In this document: piece by piece, positions 8,427 through 21,958 of the stretch | How positions within the stretch are numbered: position 1 is the stretch's first letter | Layout of the letters: every line of letters starts with the position of its first letter | Origin: Candidatus Poribacteria bacterium | GTDB lineage: Bacteria; Poribacteria; WGA-4E; WGA-3G | Direction: 5' to 3' | DNA length: 64,000 bases | NCBI GenBank assembly: GCA_965205025.1 | Contig: CBDBFU010000027.1 | Location: 32,001-96,000, forward strand | Program-made: the position numbers and the translations under genes | The notes under the pieces: model-generated | Told to the model about the DNA's origin: nothing | Databases searched by the model: none | What the model saw: the letters and a program-made list of their open reading frames with translations, nothing else

Positions 8427-11400
8427 CTTCAGGATCAACATTTTACGGGTAGCAGAAAACTCGTTTGCAGTGAATACGTAGAAATACACACCACTTGCCA
8501 CTTGCTCACCGATAGCATTGCGTCCATCCCAATAGGCTGCACGGCTCCGGTCTGTGTAGTAGCCCTCGGATTGATGTCCAAGTTTCAAGGTGCGTACCAC
8601 GTTTCCTGTTGTGTTGAAAATCGTAATCTGTACATTGGAATCCGTTGCTAACTGATACGGTATCCATGTTTCCGGATTAAACGGATTGGGATAGTTCGCA
8701 AGCAAACGTGTTTTTTCTGGTGATACGACTTCTAACAGACTCTGTAGATATGCCAGCGTATGTTGTGCTGTGAGCGAGTCGTTGTTGGAAGCAATCAACA
8801 GATCAATTTGCTTCTGAACTTCCTCACGTGATACCTTTGGAAGTTTCGCATCTGCGATTGGTGCAGCGTTGGTATCATCACGGTTATCAAACACAAGGAG
8901 CAGATCAAGGAAATTCACACGACCATCACCGTTGACATCAAGGCGTGCATTATCCGGATTCGTCTCTCCGAGTGCATCTGCTACTAATGCAGCATCTGTG
9001 TTATCAACCACGCCATCCTTATTGACATCGTATTTAGAGAAAGTTCCCGGTGGACGTGTCGGTGTTGTGCCGGCTGGCACAGAGATATCTCCGAGTGAAA
9101 CAAGGTCTGCGACGACAGCCTTGGCAGACTTACCGTTGATGTTGCTCTGCATGATTTTCCCACGGATGTTTGTCCAATACAGCTTTTTACCAGCTACATC
9201 AACGGAAATACCGTAGGGGGCAGCGCTTAATGAAATGAGCTCTTGAACATTACTGCCATCAAGATTAGCACTGTGGATTTTCCCTGCTGAACCGCTGGTT
9301 TCCTCTGTCCAGAACACTTTGCCAGCCCCAACAGCGATACTCCCCAATGTGTTATAACCTCTGGCGATTTGCCTTTCCCCTGATCCATCCACATTTGCCA
9401 AATGCACAGTTCCGCGCTCCGTTATCCAGAATATCTTGCCGGAACCAGTGTCAATCGCAACATCTTTGGGGGTGGTCAGACCGATAATCAGGTTCGCTTC
9501 ATATTGTGAACCGTCTATGTTGATGGCTTGTATCTTCCCGCGTTCGGTTGTAACGTAAATCTTACCGTTGACGGTATCGACAGTAATACCCGCAGGAACG
9601 GTCGAGAGATTCCGAATCAGCTGAATGTTTCCACCATTTAGGTTTGCGCTTCGGATTCTACCACTACTACTGGATGATCTTTCAACCCAGAAGAGTTTGT
9701 TGTTTGTAGCAACAAGACTCACAACATTTTGTACACTGGGAGCAACGGCTTCCACACTGCTGCCAACAAGTCGGTGTATTGTGCCGCTGTCCGTGTTAAT
9801 CCAATATGTATCTGCACGCTGTGATGCTGGCAGACGGATATCGGGTTCTGGGGGTGCTGGGTCTTCCGCTGTGGCGGTAAATGTGACACGATCAGAAACA
9901 CCTGAGACGCTTGCACGGACAGTGTTCCGTCCGGGATCATCCCCGAGGGTGAGGTCTGTTTGTGCACGTCCTCTTGAATTTGTGGTGACCGATGTTGACG
10001 AAAGGCTACCGCCTCCTGCTGTTACGCTAAATGTCACGGTAACACCTGAAACAACATCGTCATCTTCGTCAAGTACTTCAACAACAAGCGGGATTGTTAA
10101 GTTCTGTTCCCGGGTCACCGCGTTGGTTATTACCTGAAACGATCTCAATAGAATCGGCTAAATCACCGACTGTAATGGTAAAGCGAACAGATGAAAGTCC
10201 TGGAACTCTTGCATCTATAAAGTGTGTACCTGCAGCACGTGGTCGGAATTCTGCTTCGGCTTCACCGTTCCGATCGGTTGTTGCACTGCGCGTAACTGTG
10301 CCACTACCTCTTAAACTGAACGTGACGGTTACACCTTGCAGATCGTTACCATCTTCATCTGTGACGTGGACGATGAGGGGTTGGTCAAGATAACGGTTCG
10401 GTGTTCCGCGCTGGTTATTCCCTGAAACGATTACGATATCGCCTGGTACAAGTGCACCTGTAGCGTCAAAGAACACATCTGTCACAGTAGTGATGCCGAC
10501 GCTTGCGCGAACCCTGTTATCTTCGTCATCATCACCTAAGACAAGGTATGCACGCACTTCACCGTTTGTATCACTGTCGACTGTTAAGGTATTACTACCA
10601 CTTGTAGCACTTCCTGAAGTTGAAAGTTCACCATCGCCATCTACGATTGTAAACGTCACCTGTATACCTTGTACAGTAGTCGCAGCATTGGTATCCCGAA
10701 CGACTTTGAGGACAAATGGATCGTCAAGTACTTCGCCGCGATTTCCTTCTTGGTTGTCACCGGAAACGCTATCGCTCCGCGTCTTTCAATAGCCGAATAC
10801 CGAATACCGTAACCGTTGCAGTACCAGTATTCACACCTGTGGTAGACGTCACGGTAGCGGTGATGGTATATTGTCCAGGTGTAGTCGGTAGTCTGAACGT
10901 ATTTGGTGTAGTTGCTGTGCCAGTGACATCTGAGGTTAAGATATACGTACCGACATTCGTTCGATCACTGGTTCTGACCACGTCAAGTATGACACGTTGG
11001 TTCGCTGTCCTTTGTGGCAGCAGTATCCCTGATTGTGTGAGGTGCACCTGGTGCGCCAGAAGTACTCGTTTGTCCAGCGTTATTCGTTTGGATAATAGTG
11101 AGTGTACCTGTCGTTGGTGGTTGTTGCGTACCTGTAGACGATATTGTGAAAGTTACATAGTTTCTTCCACTGACTGTAACATTTGAATCTACAACCACTG
11201 CAGTTACCGTCTGTGTTGTAGGACTTGAAAGAATTCTATATGAATAGGAAGCAATACCGTTACTATCCGTTCTATCTGATCCAATGCGTACATTGTTGTT
11301 ATTGCGGAACTCGACATTAACATTGCGAACAGCTCTCTGGGAACTATCCACAACACGTGCCGACAATGTAACAGAACTGTTAGCAGATCCCGATAAAGAA

Positions 11401-14378
11401 CTTCTGCCCGAGATCTGTATACTTACATCGGTTTGCGTTGGTGTAGGTATTGTGGTACCTGTAACCGTAAGGCTTAGTGTTGCGTCTCTATAGTTTCCTG
11501 CTGTGTCAATGACTTGAGCAGTACGAGTCGTACCAGAAGGAAGATTGGGTATTCTTAGTGTGAAAGACACGGAGCCGTTGGCATCGGTTCGTTTAGCAGG
11601 TACGGTAAACGGTGACAAAATATCAATATTTATGCCTGATTGTCGAGGATTGGTGGTTACACTCACGTTCACGACTTCATTCGGGGCGCCACTAACAGAA
11701 CTTGGAAAAACTACGAGACTTCCTGTTTGTGGTTGCGTAGACCGTTGAACGTTAAGTGTGAGAGGTGCTGTCCTCCCACCAGAAGATACAGTAACGTTAT
11801 GTGTTCCGGTAGTGCTTGGTAAGTTAAAAGTTATTACAGCACGACCGTTGGCATCTGCCGTTCCAGAGGCTAATCCTGGTAGACTAAAACTACCTATCTG
11901 AACTGCTGCATGAGGAGTTGCTCCAGTAACAGTAACACTTACCGATGCCCCAGGTGCTCCTGTCCTTGACGTTGGTGAAACGCGGAGGGTTCCTGTGCCT
12001 GGATCTCGTGTGGTTGTTCCGGTACCATTGATATTAAACGTCACTCGCCGGATTATATCATCATAAACACCTGTTGTAATAGTTGCATGAACGACTCTTG
12101 CCCCTGTTGTTGCACCTACGTTGTATCGAACGGAAGCTTCACCGTTTGCATCCGTTGCGACCGTTATTCTACGATCAGAATTAGCAGGAGTAGGAGTCGA
12201 TGCAGGAGCCTGCCCCGGATCACCAGTTCTACGATCCAGTAATCTTCCACTACTGTCAACAGTGAAAACAACATCTTTACCTTCAACAATGGCCCCTGCA
12301 GCATCTCTAACAATAATAACTAATGGTTCTGCAAGTTCATGGCTCGCGGCAGCGCGTTGATTATTGCCGCTGACGATCTCAATTCTTGCAAGGTCTTCGG
12401 GATCTCCCGCAACAGCAGTGAACTCTCTCCTGTAACCGCCAAATTCAGCCCTAACAGTGTGTCCGCCAGTAGAACCACTCAGCTGCAAAAGAACATTGGC
12501 TCTGCCGCTGTTATCTGTCATAACTGTTGTAGCGGTATCAGCGGCGACAGGAAAACCATCAGCATATAATTCATCGGGGAAATTGGGATCTTTAACTAGT
12601 GTACCTTGCGAGACTGCAGTAAATGTAACTGCTTGTCCAGAAACAGGTCTTGTGCCATCAAGCACTTGAACAACAAAAGGTTCTACAAGATTTGTACTTG
12701 TATTTCCAACCTGATCATCACCGGATACCTTTTTAAAAGTAATTGGTCCGTTGAAATAAGTAACAACTCGTGTCGCACTATCTCCTCCTATAGATCCGCG
12801 AATATGTGCTGTAACCTTAGCTGTAGAATTGGGATTCACACGGACAAATGCGCTGGCGACGCTACCAGAACCAGAACTGACATAGAGGTTGGAAACATAA
12901 TTTGGTCTTGTCAAATCCAAAACATCAGGATCCAAATGAAGGGTTCCACCAGTAATTGAGAGATTAACACCAACATTAGCGGCACTTGTTGCAATACTAA
13001 TCAGGCTTCCCTGCGTATATTGAGTACCTCCATAGGTCTGTGGTGTTGGTGTTGTACCGGTTGAAGCAATAGTCGCACCCCTTGCTGCATCACTACTTAA
13101 CGCTTCTACTACATAAGCGGTGAAAGTTTGTGATGCTGTAGTACCACTAACAGGACCAGAAGGTACACTTGCAGTTACAGTAGTTGGAGCAGCAGTAGTA
13201 GGTAGATTACTGTAGTTTACGCGCGCCCTACCGCTTCCATCTGTTAAAATCTCAATTGAATTCACGTTTCCAGATGTTGATCGGAAGCCAGTCTGGCCAG
13301 ATGGAGTTGCAACTGTATACGTAACTGTCTGACCGGAAACACCCCGATTGTTTGTCCCGCTATCTACAACTCTCACCTCAAGAGGTGTATTTAGACCACC
13401 AGCACCAACATTTTGTACCTGACTATTACCGGACACTCTTTGAATTTCTACTTTACCATAAAAAATCGTAACTTCATGTGTTGCCCCACTCTGCGTAGAA
13501 CCAGGAATTGTCACCCTAACCTTGGAAGTAGAGGCTGAACTTGCTTGGTATGTCACAGCAGCAACACCGCTACTGTCAGTGAAAGCGGTAATTGTTCTGG
13601 AACCGGAATTCAAACTTGTATGTATTCTTGACCCACTCACATAATAATAATCCCCGCTTGTCGGTTCGGTTGTATAGAGATTTCCACTTCCGGTACTAAT
13701 AGTAAACTGAACCTTGGTCCATGCGGATGCAGTAGTACCGTCGGTAGATGCCGTAACTTCAATTCTTTTGGCGCTCGCTCTGGCAAGTGTCTGGGGTGAT
13801 GCAGTTTGAGCTGAAAATGAGTAAAAATTAGTTTGACTACGGTTCCGGACAACATAAGCACTGATTGTTTTAGTCTCAGGATCACTATCATCATCCCAAT
13901 CTGGATCTACTGCTACTTCAAAAAGTCCATAGTCGGTAACACTATAGTTGACAGTAATAGTACCAGACCAACGCCACGCTTCAGTCCATGCAGTCCGGGC
14001 GTCAGGATCTGTTATAGAAGCGGGTGGATCAGGGGCAGTAAAAGTAATTCTTGCAGTCCCATCACCATCACTTGCTCCTACCGGTGCATCTGGTACATCT
14101 ATTGACCTTGCAGCGGCAGGACTACTATAAGTAATATCGATTGTATCACCAGTTGCCGCTCTGTTTACTCGAATGTTAAAGGAACGTTGAATTGGATCTG
14201 TAGACGACGGATCATCGGATACCTCAATGAACGTGACCCCAGCAGTTGAGGACGTAATAGCATTATCCCCACTGACTGATAAACTCTGTGCGTCTGCCAC
14301 GCCGTGCACACCAACTGCCAACACCAATGCTATGAGTATGCAGAGGACGGACTTTCGTGTGAAAAATGTGTTATTCAT
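8424..14378 (-). CDS. Large secreted protein B1: Ig-like (Big_1-type) repeats, YWTD/LDLR-B-like propeller, dockerin/EF-hand-like pair, C-terminal T9SS-A-like/FlgD-Ig sorting domain; frameshifted
   Basis: Four ORF pieces (14378-10983, 11047-10769, 10659-10078, 10148-8424) are collinear with intact paralog 30355-34911; extra bases near 10775 and 10090 relative to the paralog. Confidence 0.85.
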
Positions 14379-14753
14379 TATATGTCTCCTGAATATAAAA
14401 TATATAATGTCTTCTGATAATGGTTTCTGAAAAGTGAAAAGGTTTTACGTAATCTTGTGTTTCTTCAATAACGGTAGGGCAGTTTCCTATTTTCGCATGC
14501 CCGGTAGGTTCGGTTTCCCGGGGAATGCCTAATGGCATTCATACCGTTGATTCACCGAACCGGGTTTGTTCCAATTGCGTACATAAAGTTTTTCGCGAAG
14601 GATCCAGTGCGATTAGGAAATCGCACCTACCGGTCTGGGAAAACCACTAAATTGACGCCTATATGGCATTCATACCGTTGATTCACCGCACCTACCGTAA
14701 ATCATAAATATCGCGATCAGGAGGTTGCTCCTACAGAATGTATTCTTGTGTAT

Positions 14754-14954
14754 ATAAAGTAAGGACATTGCAAGCAATGTCCTTACTTTATTGAATAGCT
14801 TAGGTTAGCTAAGTATTCCCATTAGGAAACTGTTGTACCGGTTTCTCAACAGCCTCCTAACTGGGGAATAGTTTTAGTTAGATTTCCTACAGTAAGGATA
14901 CTGCAGCATCCTTACTGAGAGGAGAATTGGTTAAATTATCCCTGAAATTCAACC
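14754..14954 (-). terminator. Four-hairpin 3' trailer of cassette A1 ending in a long terminator-like stem
   Basis: Near-identical inverted copy of 29674-29873; perfect 18-bp stem ATAAAGTAAGGACATTGC/GCAATGTCCTTACTTTAT at 14754-14791. Confidence 0.75.
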
Positions 14955-17900
14955 TTATTGTGAAGCTTTTAGCTCACTCCACGTCGTTGTAAGTCTGTTC
15001 TTCGCTGAGATGAGGCCTTTCAACTTGGTTATAGCAAGTGCTTGGCGTTCACCGGCGAAGGATACATCTTCAATCTGGTAGTAGTACACAACACCTGGTT
15101 TGGCGGTCTGATCAACCCATTTATAGGTGTTACGTTCACCTGTTGTACCAGCACCTTCGATAAGCTCAGCGTTGACCTGTTTGTACTCACCGTTCCGAGT
15201 ATCACTACGTAGGATATTAAATCCAGCGTTGTCAAGTTCGGATTCGGTTGTCCAACGGACAGTCACTTTACCATCTTCAAGTGTTGGACGGAAGTGTGAT
15301 AATTCAACAGGTAGCACCATACCCGGACGGTTTCCAGGTGTACCGTAATCATCTTCAACACCAAACCAAGTAGACTTGATAGTGATTTTGAATTCCCGTT
15401 CAGTATTCACAGCAGGAATCCAACTATACTTCGCATCAATCTCACCTGGCGTTTTGACTGTCTTGTCACCGGTACCCATGATTGGCTGAACATTACTTTC
15501 TGCTGTGTTCACACCAGCGCGTGCAACGCCTGGTTCGCCGCCAAGACCATCAGCATCATCATAGATACGTATGATAGAAGTACGGTTACCGTCAGCAGCT
15601 ACGCCTGCGGGGAACTCCCATTCAGCATCATCACTGGTTCGGGCATCACCGTCAAGGTTACCAACCATGTCTGCTACATCGCCAGCATTGTCAACAAGTG
15701 CGATATTGAATGCTTTCGGATTGAAGAACATATAACGTGTGTTTGCACCGAATTTATTCGCGCCACCATAATCTCTGAAGACATTGAAGACACGATTGTC
15801 ATTAAACACATCGCCACCAGTTGCAGAGTCACTATTTGCCTGTCTGGCATTACCCGCAACAATCAGAACTGTCTGTTGTGGGAGAATAGTTTTCACTCTA
15901 CCTTTATCTTTGAAACTAAGAGACAGTAGACTATCCATCGGATTGCCATCAGCATCAAGCATTTCAAAGACCAGTTTCCAGCCTTCGCCGAGATCAACAG
16001 CGTTTGTCGGTGAACTGTTGTAAAGCTCAATCCACTGTGGTAATATCGGATTTTCGGGGTTAGGACCGGTGGAATACATGATCTCACTGATGGTCACTGA
16101 AGCATCCGCAGCTTTGGTCTTAACGATACCAGAATTTACAACACTGTTACCGTCGTATCCCGGTGTGCCGTTGTGATAACTGACACGTGCTCTGGCTGTG
16201 CGCCTATAACCGATACCGGTATAAATTGCATCACGGAAAGCGTAGTGTCCAACACCTTCATCTTTGTGTGTGACACCTGTACCTGCACGGTTACCGGGTG
16301 TTCCACCATCAGCATCATTTTTCGCATAAGTAGAAACGTGTTGACGGAAACGAACTCTGTTTACCTCAAGACGATTATGACGTCTGTGATTCAGGTCACC
16401 ATGCCCATAATGTGGTCTCATGTCACCGTTGAAGTTCCACAATGGCCAGAGGGTCGTACTATTGAGACCTGATGGCGTTGATGCTGGATAGTTGGATTTA
16501 TCCAATCCTGTATGGGACCCGGCAATATCCATGATTTTGTCAATATCATGTTCACCAACATCAGCAACACCCTCACCGTCGTTACCACCTGTATTAGACC
16601 TATTACCGTTATATTTGTCATGTCTACGCAGGATCAGTATATAATCGCCACCATTAGGCAGACCACCATTTTCAAAAGTTATCACTTTTTGTCTCGGCGG
16701 TTTACGATTACTGTTATCTCCTTCAACAAGACCCAAACCATCTGCCTGATCACTTGCATGTGCAATATCAACGTTCAGACCGACAGCGATCGGGTGATCA
16801 TCGTCATATCGCGGATCCGTAGCAAGTAATAGAAGAACTTCTCCAGGTTCAATCTGTGCATTATCGTCATTCGGAAATTGAACCAATGGGAGGTCAGTTC
16901 CAACAGCAGTTACCATTGAAATCATCCAGTTCCGTAAATTGACCTTGCTACTACCGACGTTCTTGAGTTCAATCCATTCATACTCGGCATTAGCATTGTC
17001 ACGGTTAGCAACTTCATTGATAATAACAGTAGGTTCACTTCTGAAGATGGTCTTACCGTTACCATCCTTCTGTCCCGTATCTACCCTTGCAACCATTGTT
17101 GTACGTTCACGTGTGCTCGCTCTTGAAAGATTAATGCTATGTGGACGACCCCGGTGAACCTATATAATGATAAAGCGCATTATCGGTATCGCTTCTTGTT
17201 GTTGATGCAAGATACTCTCTATCAGATTCATGCCAATGACCCGCTGATGTACCATTTACATAACCGCGGTTTTTATCGCCAACATAACTTCTGTGCATAG
17301 AGATAAAGTTCACACCTGTATAACTATTACCGTTCTGCCCCTTACTATTATTGTCCGTGCTGTCATCTTCCTCCCGAACTGCCCACGCTGCAGAACCAGG
17401 ACTACCGTTATAGGCATTACCAATTCTATCTTTTACACCTTCGTTATGGGTAACAGCAGAATCTAAACCAGTTCTGGCATACAGGAAGATTTCAACAGCT
17501 TTTCCTGTATCATTACTAAGTTCAATCCACTGTTCAGCAGCTTCTTCGTCGTTAGTGGCACCACGCATGGATAGATCAGATGCCCACATCACTTCAGAAA
17601 TACGGACAGTTTCTCTTTGGTTCTCGCCACCATACGGTACCTGATTAGCGAGGTTTGATTGCCCCGGTGCTTCTTTTAAGTTCAGTGTGCCACCAAACCC
17701 TTGATTAGTACCGGAAGGTTTAAGCCTAAAGAGCACTTCTAAATCAGGCATATTACACCAAACAACTGTTTCAATATTTGGAGCAGGCGTCGGGGGTTGT
17801 TGGTTAACTGGGAGTCTCGGTTGATCTGAAAGATAATCATAAGTCATTCCTGCTGTTTTGGTGACAACCATAATTGTGTTGACGGGAATATGGAATATGG

Positions 17901-19866
17901 GACCAACATTAAATGGCATCTTTTTCTCTGCGTTCCCATTCCCCGCGTCATCGTGCACTACATTCGCCTTTACCACGACTTCCACGGTCGTCTCACCGAT
18001 GTTTGGGATAAGCGTGAAGGTTGCAGTTTTTGGATTCGCGCTCGCATTCCATTTGAAACTACCTGCCTTTATGCTGCCTCTATTCACATCAACTTCATTT
18101 CTAGCAATTGCTGCGTTGCTTGCCAGAGCTACATTGTCCATCGGTGTAATAGTGATCATTGCACCATCAAGTGAATCAACATCACCAGCTTTATTAGGCG
18201 CTACAGGCTCTGGACAAAGGTCGGTATATTGAACAAGATTGCGTGCCGCAATTGTAACAGTCGGAGCATCACCTTCTGGGTTATATACACCTTCCGCACC
18301 GGGTGTGCGATTACCTGCCAGGTCTTGTGCAGCATTAGCTCTCACTTCAACCCTGACTGCTGTATTCGCTGCTCTGGGACGGACATATAACGTGTAACTC
18401 TCTGCAGAATCTCCGTGTGCGGTGGTATCCTTCGTAAGATCGCCATCGGCTAACGGATACGCATCACCAGTATCAATATCAATATCATTGATCGTAAGTG
18501 CTGGAATTTCTGCGGTAAGGTCAGTACGAGTAGAATAAAGTTTTTCGTTAGAAAGAATTCTGAACATCAACAAACCTTTTTCGTTACGATCAGTCGTAGC
18601 TGGATCATCTACAGCGGTGGGTGCTCCAGGCGGTACAACTGTCAATACCGGTGAATCGTTATCTATAACATGAACCGTCACCGTTTCAGATTTTGCGTCC
18701 GATGTCATACCGTTGTTGTTTGTGATCGCTCCTGCTTCAACTGTTAATTTCACATCTCCAGCAGCAGCAGGCGTAACTGTTATTGTCGTTACCATACCAG
18801 CTGTAGCGAAGTTTTTAATGGTTCCGCCTTCAACTGAAACCTCATTGAAGGACAGAACTAAATCCGCACCGGTACCAGCAACAGTATCACTAACAGTTAC
18901 AGTAAACGTGACATCTGTAGTTGCCAAGTCAGAGGCTGCGATCGGACCCGTTGACGGAGCAGGATCGTTCTTTGCAATGGCTACTGTTGGTTTTGTGGTT
19001 ACAGGTGCATCTGGTAAAAAAGGAACGAGTGTAAAGATATCCGGCGTCCCCGTGCACTATTATCAGCATTTCGACTTGATGGAAGGTTGTTCCAACGTGC
19101 AAGTGGATCTACTGCTCGAAAATCGGGCAACGCTTGTGCAGAACCACCTTCTACGACTACTTCAAACAGAATGTTTTTCCCGTCAATAGCGGGTTCCGTA
19201 GAAGCATCGTCTCCAGCTGCCTCTGCAGCCACTGGCAGTGCCCCGTTAGCAAGCGTAAATGTTACATCAAACATCCTTTTAGAATTATTTGCTGTAGCAG
19301 TATCATTGTCCGTATCAACAGGAGCAAATGCAACACTACTTATAGCAGTCGTGAGACTTCCAAAACCACCGCCAGTAGCAGCACCGTAATAAAGCAGCTC
19401 ATTGGTTCCTTCAACACCGATTTTGACGGTGAGTAGATCGCCCAAGGGTTCCGCCATCAGATGTAAATAAACCATCAACAGTAGTGGGTGCCTCGTAAAG
19501 CACGTCTTCACTAAATGTAATTCTAAAGGTAGCAGCAGTTACTGCTGGATAAACAGCAGAATCAGGATCCATTAGGCGTGTGGTTGCGACCCTAGCCAGT
19601 ACATACGTTGTACCACCAAATGTTATGGAGGTAGCTGGTTCAGCATCAGCACCGGTAGCTCCAACAGTAACCGTCGGATGGTCACCTAAGACGTGATCTG
19701 CTGTGGGTGCATTTACCAAGTTACCGTCTGCATCAGTATCAGTGTGTGAGTTATCATCTGCATTTTCATGTGCCATCACAGATGTTCCAACAAACACACC
19801 CCCAAGTGCAAGCAGTAAAATTAAAGTTGTTATACAATATGTCAATTTATTTGACAATAACATCAT
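14955..19866 (-). CDS. Cassette A1: giant secreted Ig-like plus lamin-tail-domain protein; frameshifted
   Basis: Pieces 19866-19411, 19511-18999, 18927-17137 and 17096-14955 are collinear with 24868-29673; LTD-like motifs ISEVMWA..QWIEL, IINEVANR..YEWIELKN, ISEIMY..PQWIELYN; LPVELSHF..WTTESE..LTTTWSELK C-terminus. Confidence 0.85.
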
Positions 19867-19947
19867 ATACTCCTTATAAAGTTGTTGAATTCAAGTTAAA
19901 GATTCAGGGAAAATTAAATCTTCTTAACCTAATCTTCTAAACTAAAT
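19823..19947 (-). repeat. 125-bp inverted repeat (5' UTR, RBS and first 14 codons) shared with 24787-24911
   Basis: Reverse complement matches ATTTAGTTTAGAAGATTAGG...TATAACAACTTT at 24787-24911. Confidence 0.92.
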
Positions 19948-19950
19948 TAA

Positions 19951-20031
19951 ACAGACAGGGATAACCTGTTTGTCTGTCTTTTGATTGATTTCGCTATTTT
20001 GAATTAGACAAAAGGGGATTTTTGTCTAATT
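19951..20031 (-). other. Putative recombination site 1 (expression position): 25-mer dyad 19951-19975 plus perfect 12-6-12 dyad 20002-20031
   Basis: AATTAGACAAAA-ATCCCC-TTTTGTCTAATT and AGACAAACAGGTTATCCCTGTCTGT on the minus strand; homologous elements precede all four A genes. Confidence 0.7.
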
Positions 20032-20177
20032 GCGTCAATTCACGGTAGTCAATCATCTTCACATTGGATTGTCGAAGCTAAACTTTTCTTAGGTCTGTTG
20101 CTTCGTTCCAATCCACAATATCCTTAAACTTATGTTGCAGTCGGTGTTTAGAACCGTTATCCGCAAACTTGTCAGTA

Positions 20178-20206
20178 ATTATAGGTTATTAATAATATAA
20201 TGTCAA
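20178..20206 (-). promoter_or_regulatory. Consensus sigma70 promoter P1 directed at site 1/cassette A1
   Basis: TTGACA (20206-20201), 17 bp spacer, TATAAT (20183-20178). Confidence 0.88.
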
Positions 20207-20434
20207 ATGTTTTTTCTATTGTTTATGTATTAAACATTAGAACCGGGGCTTCAATCTGTTTAAAATTCTGTTTTTCAATGTTGTGTGTATGCTTTTCTGT
20301 ACCCGTTCTATACACCGTTTCGGCTGTACCGTTTTTGAAGTTCCCCTATGAACAGATTTTCATTTTAACATTATTAAAAAATTTAATCAACAATTTTTTT
20401 GCGTTTTATTACTTTATACGCACAATTGTGGATT

Positions 20435-20463
20435 ATTATACACTATTATACGTTTTATGTCAA
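20435..20463 (-). promoter_or_regulatory. Second consensus sigma70 promoter P2, same direction as P1
   Basis: TTGACA (20463-20458), 17 bp spacer, TATAAT (20440-20435). Confidence 0.8.
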
Positions 20464-20689
20464 GCAATAATTACAAAAAAACATACACCTCTGTTTAAAT
20501 AGAGTGTTTTACATTTATGACGGTTTGTTAGGTTTGTATCCTAACATTCCCGTATTATACATTATATATATACGTTATAAGTCAAATAATGGATACAAAA
20601 AAATTGAAAAAAGTTTCTGAACGATGGATTACGCGGATTTCACGGAGAAGAGGAAAGCCCGGGGCTTATTGTTTTGCGTTTTTACGTTT

Positions 20690-20985
20690 TCTACACACCT
20701 TTCGCCCCTCTGGGGCTTACGGTATTGGTGATAACGACTTCTATAAACATTCCGTCCCTACGGGACTCAAGAACATGGATCAAGCATTTTTGCTATAGAC
20801 ATTTCGTTCCTACGGAACTCAGGAATATGGAGCAAATATCTTTGCTATAAACATTTCGTAGACAGGTCTATTGAAGACACCCATGTGTTTTTAGAACGGA
20901 TATAGTCCCGTAGGGACGGAATGTCTATAGAAAACGTGTGTATCCCCATAAGTGAGTCCCGTAGGGACGGAATGTCTATATCAAC
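20690..20985. repeat. REP/REPIN cluster (GTCCCGTAGGGACGGAATGTCTATAG family) flanking tnpA
   Basis: Multiple copies in both orientations. Confidence 0.8.
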
Positions 20986-21019
20986 ATATAGGTGGAGTTT
21001 TCAAGAGACGTATGATCTT

Positions 21020-21493
21020 CTAAGAATCGCTCTCTAACACTGGATGAAAAATATATCTTTCATCATAATCAACATTAAATCGTTTTAACAACTCAATATA
21101 TTCTTCTCTAAACGACTTCTGCTTATGGTGCTTTTCTTGATTAAGGATATAATTTGATACACTCTCTATTTGTGAATGTGCGTAAGTAAAGGCAGAATAA
21201 CCTTCTTGCCATTTGAATTGACCGGCAACCCATTGCTTCTTGTTTATGAATCGTGATGAATTTGCTTTAATATCTTTTACCAATTCCGATAGTGCCATTG
21301 AAGGATCTATACCAACAAAAATGTGTATATGGTCTGGCATAGAATTGATTTGGATCACTTTATGTTTATTATTGGTGATTATACCTGTAATGAATTTGTG
21401 AAGTTCTTCTTTATGTTCCTTCGGAATTAGGTTTTGACGATGTTCAACTGCAAAAACAATATGTATATATAATTGTGTATATGTGTTTGCCAT
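21020..21493 (-). mobile_element. tnpA: IS200/IS605-family Y1 (HUH) transposase TnpA, REP-associated (RAYT-like), copy 1
   Basis: YTQLYIHIVFAV, MPDHIHIF (HUH), WQEGYSAF, YILNQEKHH; flanked by REP hairpins. Confidence 0.9.
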
Positions 21494-21554
21494 AGTATTA
21501 CTCCTTACGGTTTGTATTTTATCATTTTGTCCTTACCCAATCAACGAGAAATGT

Positions 21555-21810
21555 GCTATAGACATTCCGTCCCTACGGGACTCAAGAATATGGAGCAAAT
21601 ATCTTTGCTATAGACATTCCGTTCCTACGGAACTCAGGAATATGGAGCAAACATCTTTTCTATAAACATTTCGTAGATAGGTTTATTGAATACTCCCATG
21701 TGTTTTTAGAATGGATACAGTCCCGTAGGGACGGAATGTCTATATCAACATATAGGTGGAGTTTTCAAGACACGTATGATCTTCTATAAACATTTCGTAG
21801 ATAGGTCTAT
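21555..21810. repeat. REP cluster on the other side of tnpA copy 1
   Basis: CTATAGACATTCCGTCCCTACGGGACTC units and an inverted copy. Confidence 0.8.
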
Positions 21811-21958
21811 TCACCCAGGTGTCTTTACATCCGCTGAAGTATATGTTTCTACAGGTTGAGTATTAGGAAAGTTGACTCTAACTATTCAATTTCAATGGTA
21901 TGAAATAGTATAGCCAAAGAAGGTATTTACAGATTAATAGCAGAAAAAGATAATAGTA

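Noticed and set aside
19951-19975. Resemblance of AGGGATAAC to the I-SceI recognition site
   Set aside because: Only 9 bp match and no homing endonuclease is present.
20438-20465. Possible dif site (TTATGTCAA arm); similar partial matches near 22432 and 24125
   Set aside because: The opposite arm does not fit the XerC/XerD dyad; 20435-20463 is better explained as promoter P2.
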